Origin: Selaginella moellendorffii
Lineage: Eukaryota > Plantae > Lycopodiophyta
DNA: 64,000 nt
NCBI RefSeq assembly: GCF_000143415.4
Contig: NW_003314368.1
Coordinates: 268,792-332,791 of the forward strand
Reading direction: 5' to 3'
This document shows positions 61,701 to 64,000 of this stretch, piece by piece. The first letter of the stretch is position 1, and every line of letters starts with the position of its first letter. Under the pieces are notes generated by a model that saw only the letters and a program-made list of their open reading frames with translations, was not told where the DNA came from and did not search any database. A program made the translations under genes and the position numbers.

Positions 61701-63196
61701 ACAACCAATTTTGTAATCGCAGCCAAAGACTTTTGCAAATCAAGTTTCTAACTCTCTTTTCGTATTGAGCACAATCAAACAACTTTGTCTCACAGTATTT
61801 TTTTGACAGAACTTCCATCTGAATGTTTGAATCCATCTTACGTTTTTGTAGATTTGGAGAGGGCCGTCCATTCATCCATTTTGGGAAGATGGTAGCCTGG
61901 CACTCTTTCGAAGGTCTGAGCAGATCTTCACAGCCTTTCTCGATTCCTTTGCAATTGATTTGCTTTCATTTCTTATGTGCATAAGCAAATCGAGGAAAGA
62001 ATGAGTGAAGAACACATCGTAGCATGTAAGTTATTAAAATCCTTCTAAACCACCTCTTGGATCTAGAGTCTATTATGAGATTTGGAAGGACTAGGATACA
62101 AGATCTGGAGTCTTAGATGCAGAGTCTTAAGATATAAATAACCCAAAGTCATAGCTCCAGCCGTACACGAGATGGATAATAGTTAATATTTTATAATTGA
62201 GAAAGTTTAGTTTTATGGGGACAAGTTATGATAAACTTTGCTTTTGCTAGCCTCAACCTTGTTCAAGTTTTATTTGCATAACTTAGATCATTTCAAAGGT
62301 CTAATGCATCAACAATTAAATCATTTCAAATACATCAAGACAAGATATTTGGTCAATAGAGAATATAATGACATCACCAACTTTTTAGAATCTAGTGCTA
62401 CAAGTTCTACAATAATATGTTTTTTTGGGGATTTATATTATTTAATGGTTTCCAATTGTTTAAGTTAAAGTAGTTTTTAATGTTATTTAAAAATAATTAT
62501 TATTTGCTTTATACATCATATTTAAATAAAATAATTTTATTTTAAAACCACATGATCCAAGTAATTTGATTTAATATTTTGAGTACATGCTAAGTCATAT
62601 TTTAATTAGCCATAACTCAATATAAAATTTTAAAAAAAATATTAAATATTTTTGTCTTACACAAAGCAAAGAAAAGGATATTTATTCCATTTTAATATTT
62701 TAAAAGCTTTTAAAAGAGAATTTATTCTGTCAAAGTTTTTATAATAAATAACCATAAAACCTCATTATTTAGCTTTAATAAATTTCAACATGTTTATCAT
62801 CTTTAAAATATATATCTAAAGTAAAAGTTCACAGATTTGAATAATTACTTTTGCAATAAATAATTATAATTTAAATATTTATAGTGCTCATAATTTTGTT
62901 AAAAATATATTTTGGAAGCTAGCCCAATGATAAAAGTCTATAAAACATCTTTTAAACATATTGACCATTTATATTTTCCATTTACTTTAGAAAACATGTA
63001 ATCAATTTTTAGAGATTTTGGTGTAAATAAATAAATGTTAAGAGGCATTTTTCCTTCTGATTCTTCCCTAATTTCATCTTTTAGAAGTTAAATATTAGTA
63101 TTAAAATAAATAATATTATAAAATTTTTAATATTTTTAAATATTTTTTAAAATTAAAGATTTAATATTATTTAAAATAAATACTTTTATATCATTT

Positions 63197-64000
63197 TGTG
63201 AGTGCTTGGAATATGGAAAGGGATACAGAAAATGTGTATATCAATTAGCCCAAAAACCCTAGCTTATATACAGGAGTGAGTGGTCCAGATTGAAATTAAT
63301 TTGACGGCTACCAAAATCCCACTACGTTAATATTACAACATTGTAGTTGCACACTTGGCCCTCACATCATCCCCTCCTCTTAGAATAATGGAAGACCATC
63401 AAGGTTCTCTTGTAGACGGCCGGGATCTAGAGGAATGTTAGGAGGAAGTATCGGCAGATCTGTAGGTGGTATTAACTACTCCTAATCCCTTTGTATAAAG
63501 TGTTTCAACCGCTGCACATGCATAATTTCTGGAGGATTAACTTGTTGGATGTCATGCCAAACCTCATAAACTTGTGGTCCAACTTGCCGCAACACCCAAT
63601 ATGGTCCTTTTCATTGCATAGAGAGCCCTTTAAATAAAGCACATACCGTAAGATGGGGAAAATGGACTAATACCAAATCATCCACTTTGTACTCCGCAAA
63701 TGGATGATGATGGGAGTTGTAATGCCGTTGTTGTCCCACTTGTACGCGGCCTAAGTGTTTGGCAAACTCTGCTTGGACAAGTGAAAGAATGCTCATCAAA
63801 TACTAATCCCACGATCTAGCATTAGCAACTTGTGACAATCATGAAGGTAAATCCAGTTCCATTAGTAATATTGGATCATAACCATATGTGAGTTTATATG
63901 GTGAAGCACCAATAGAACTCTACACCCCTATAACATATGCATATTGAAGAGATGGCAAATAACCATCCCAATTCGAATGCTGAAAGTTTACATACTTCAC
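63197..64000 (-). mobile_element. 3' end of a gypsy element (integrase remnant, PPT, 170-bp 3' LTR)
   Basis: LTR TGTGAG...CTCACA at 63197-63366, adjacent TCATCCCCTCCTCTT (PPT on minus), and an integrase-like remnant (YKVDDLVLV) running off the window. Confidence 0.75.

Noticed and set aside
62150-63190. Very AT-rich block as a Helitron or MITE (similar block at about 7050-7460)
   Set aside because: No convincing termini, hairpin or TSD could be identified by eye.

Overview
Eukaryotic land-plant genomic DNA. The compact genes, 50-70 bp introns and very short intergenic gaps suggest a lycophyte such as Selaginella (inference). Positions 1-38.5 kb are a nested transposon graveyard: LTR-like repeats with 12-bp tandem arrays, several decayed Ty3/gypsy elements, three families of small TRIM retroelements, a MITE and a ~1 kb-arm fold-back. 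This block interrupts a cluster of germin-like genes (two intact, one pseudogene). Positions 39.4-61.7 kb are gene dense: germin, JJJ1-type DnaJ, an RS/RE-rich HIZ2/At5g53440-like protein, a trihelix TF, DHQ/SDH, GFS12 BEACH, a SRPBCC protein, an F-box protein and STT3B. A further gypsy end closes the window. Most notable: (i) a decayed, apparently intron-containing, bacterial-type beta-class amino-DNA-methyltransferase (N6A/N4C) sequence in the TE block; (ii) Cassandra-type LTRs carrying a 5S rRNA internal Pol III promoter; (iii) a long near-palindrome made from a retroelement's extra 3' ORF; (iv) a germin gene bracketed by a 40-bp inverted repeat. All calls are by eye, and no searches were run.
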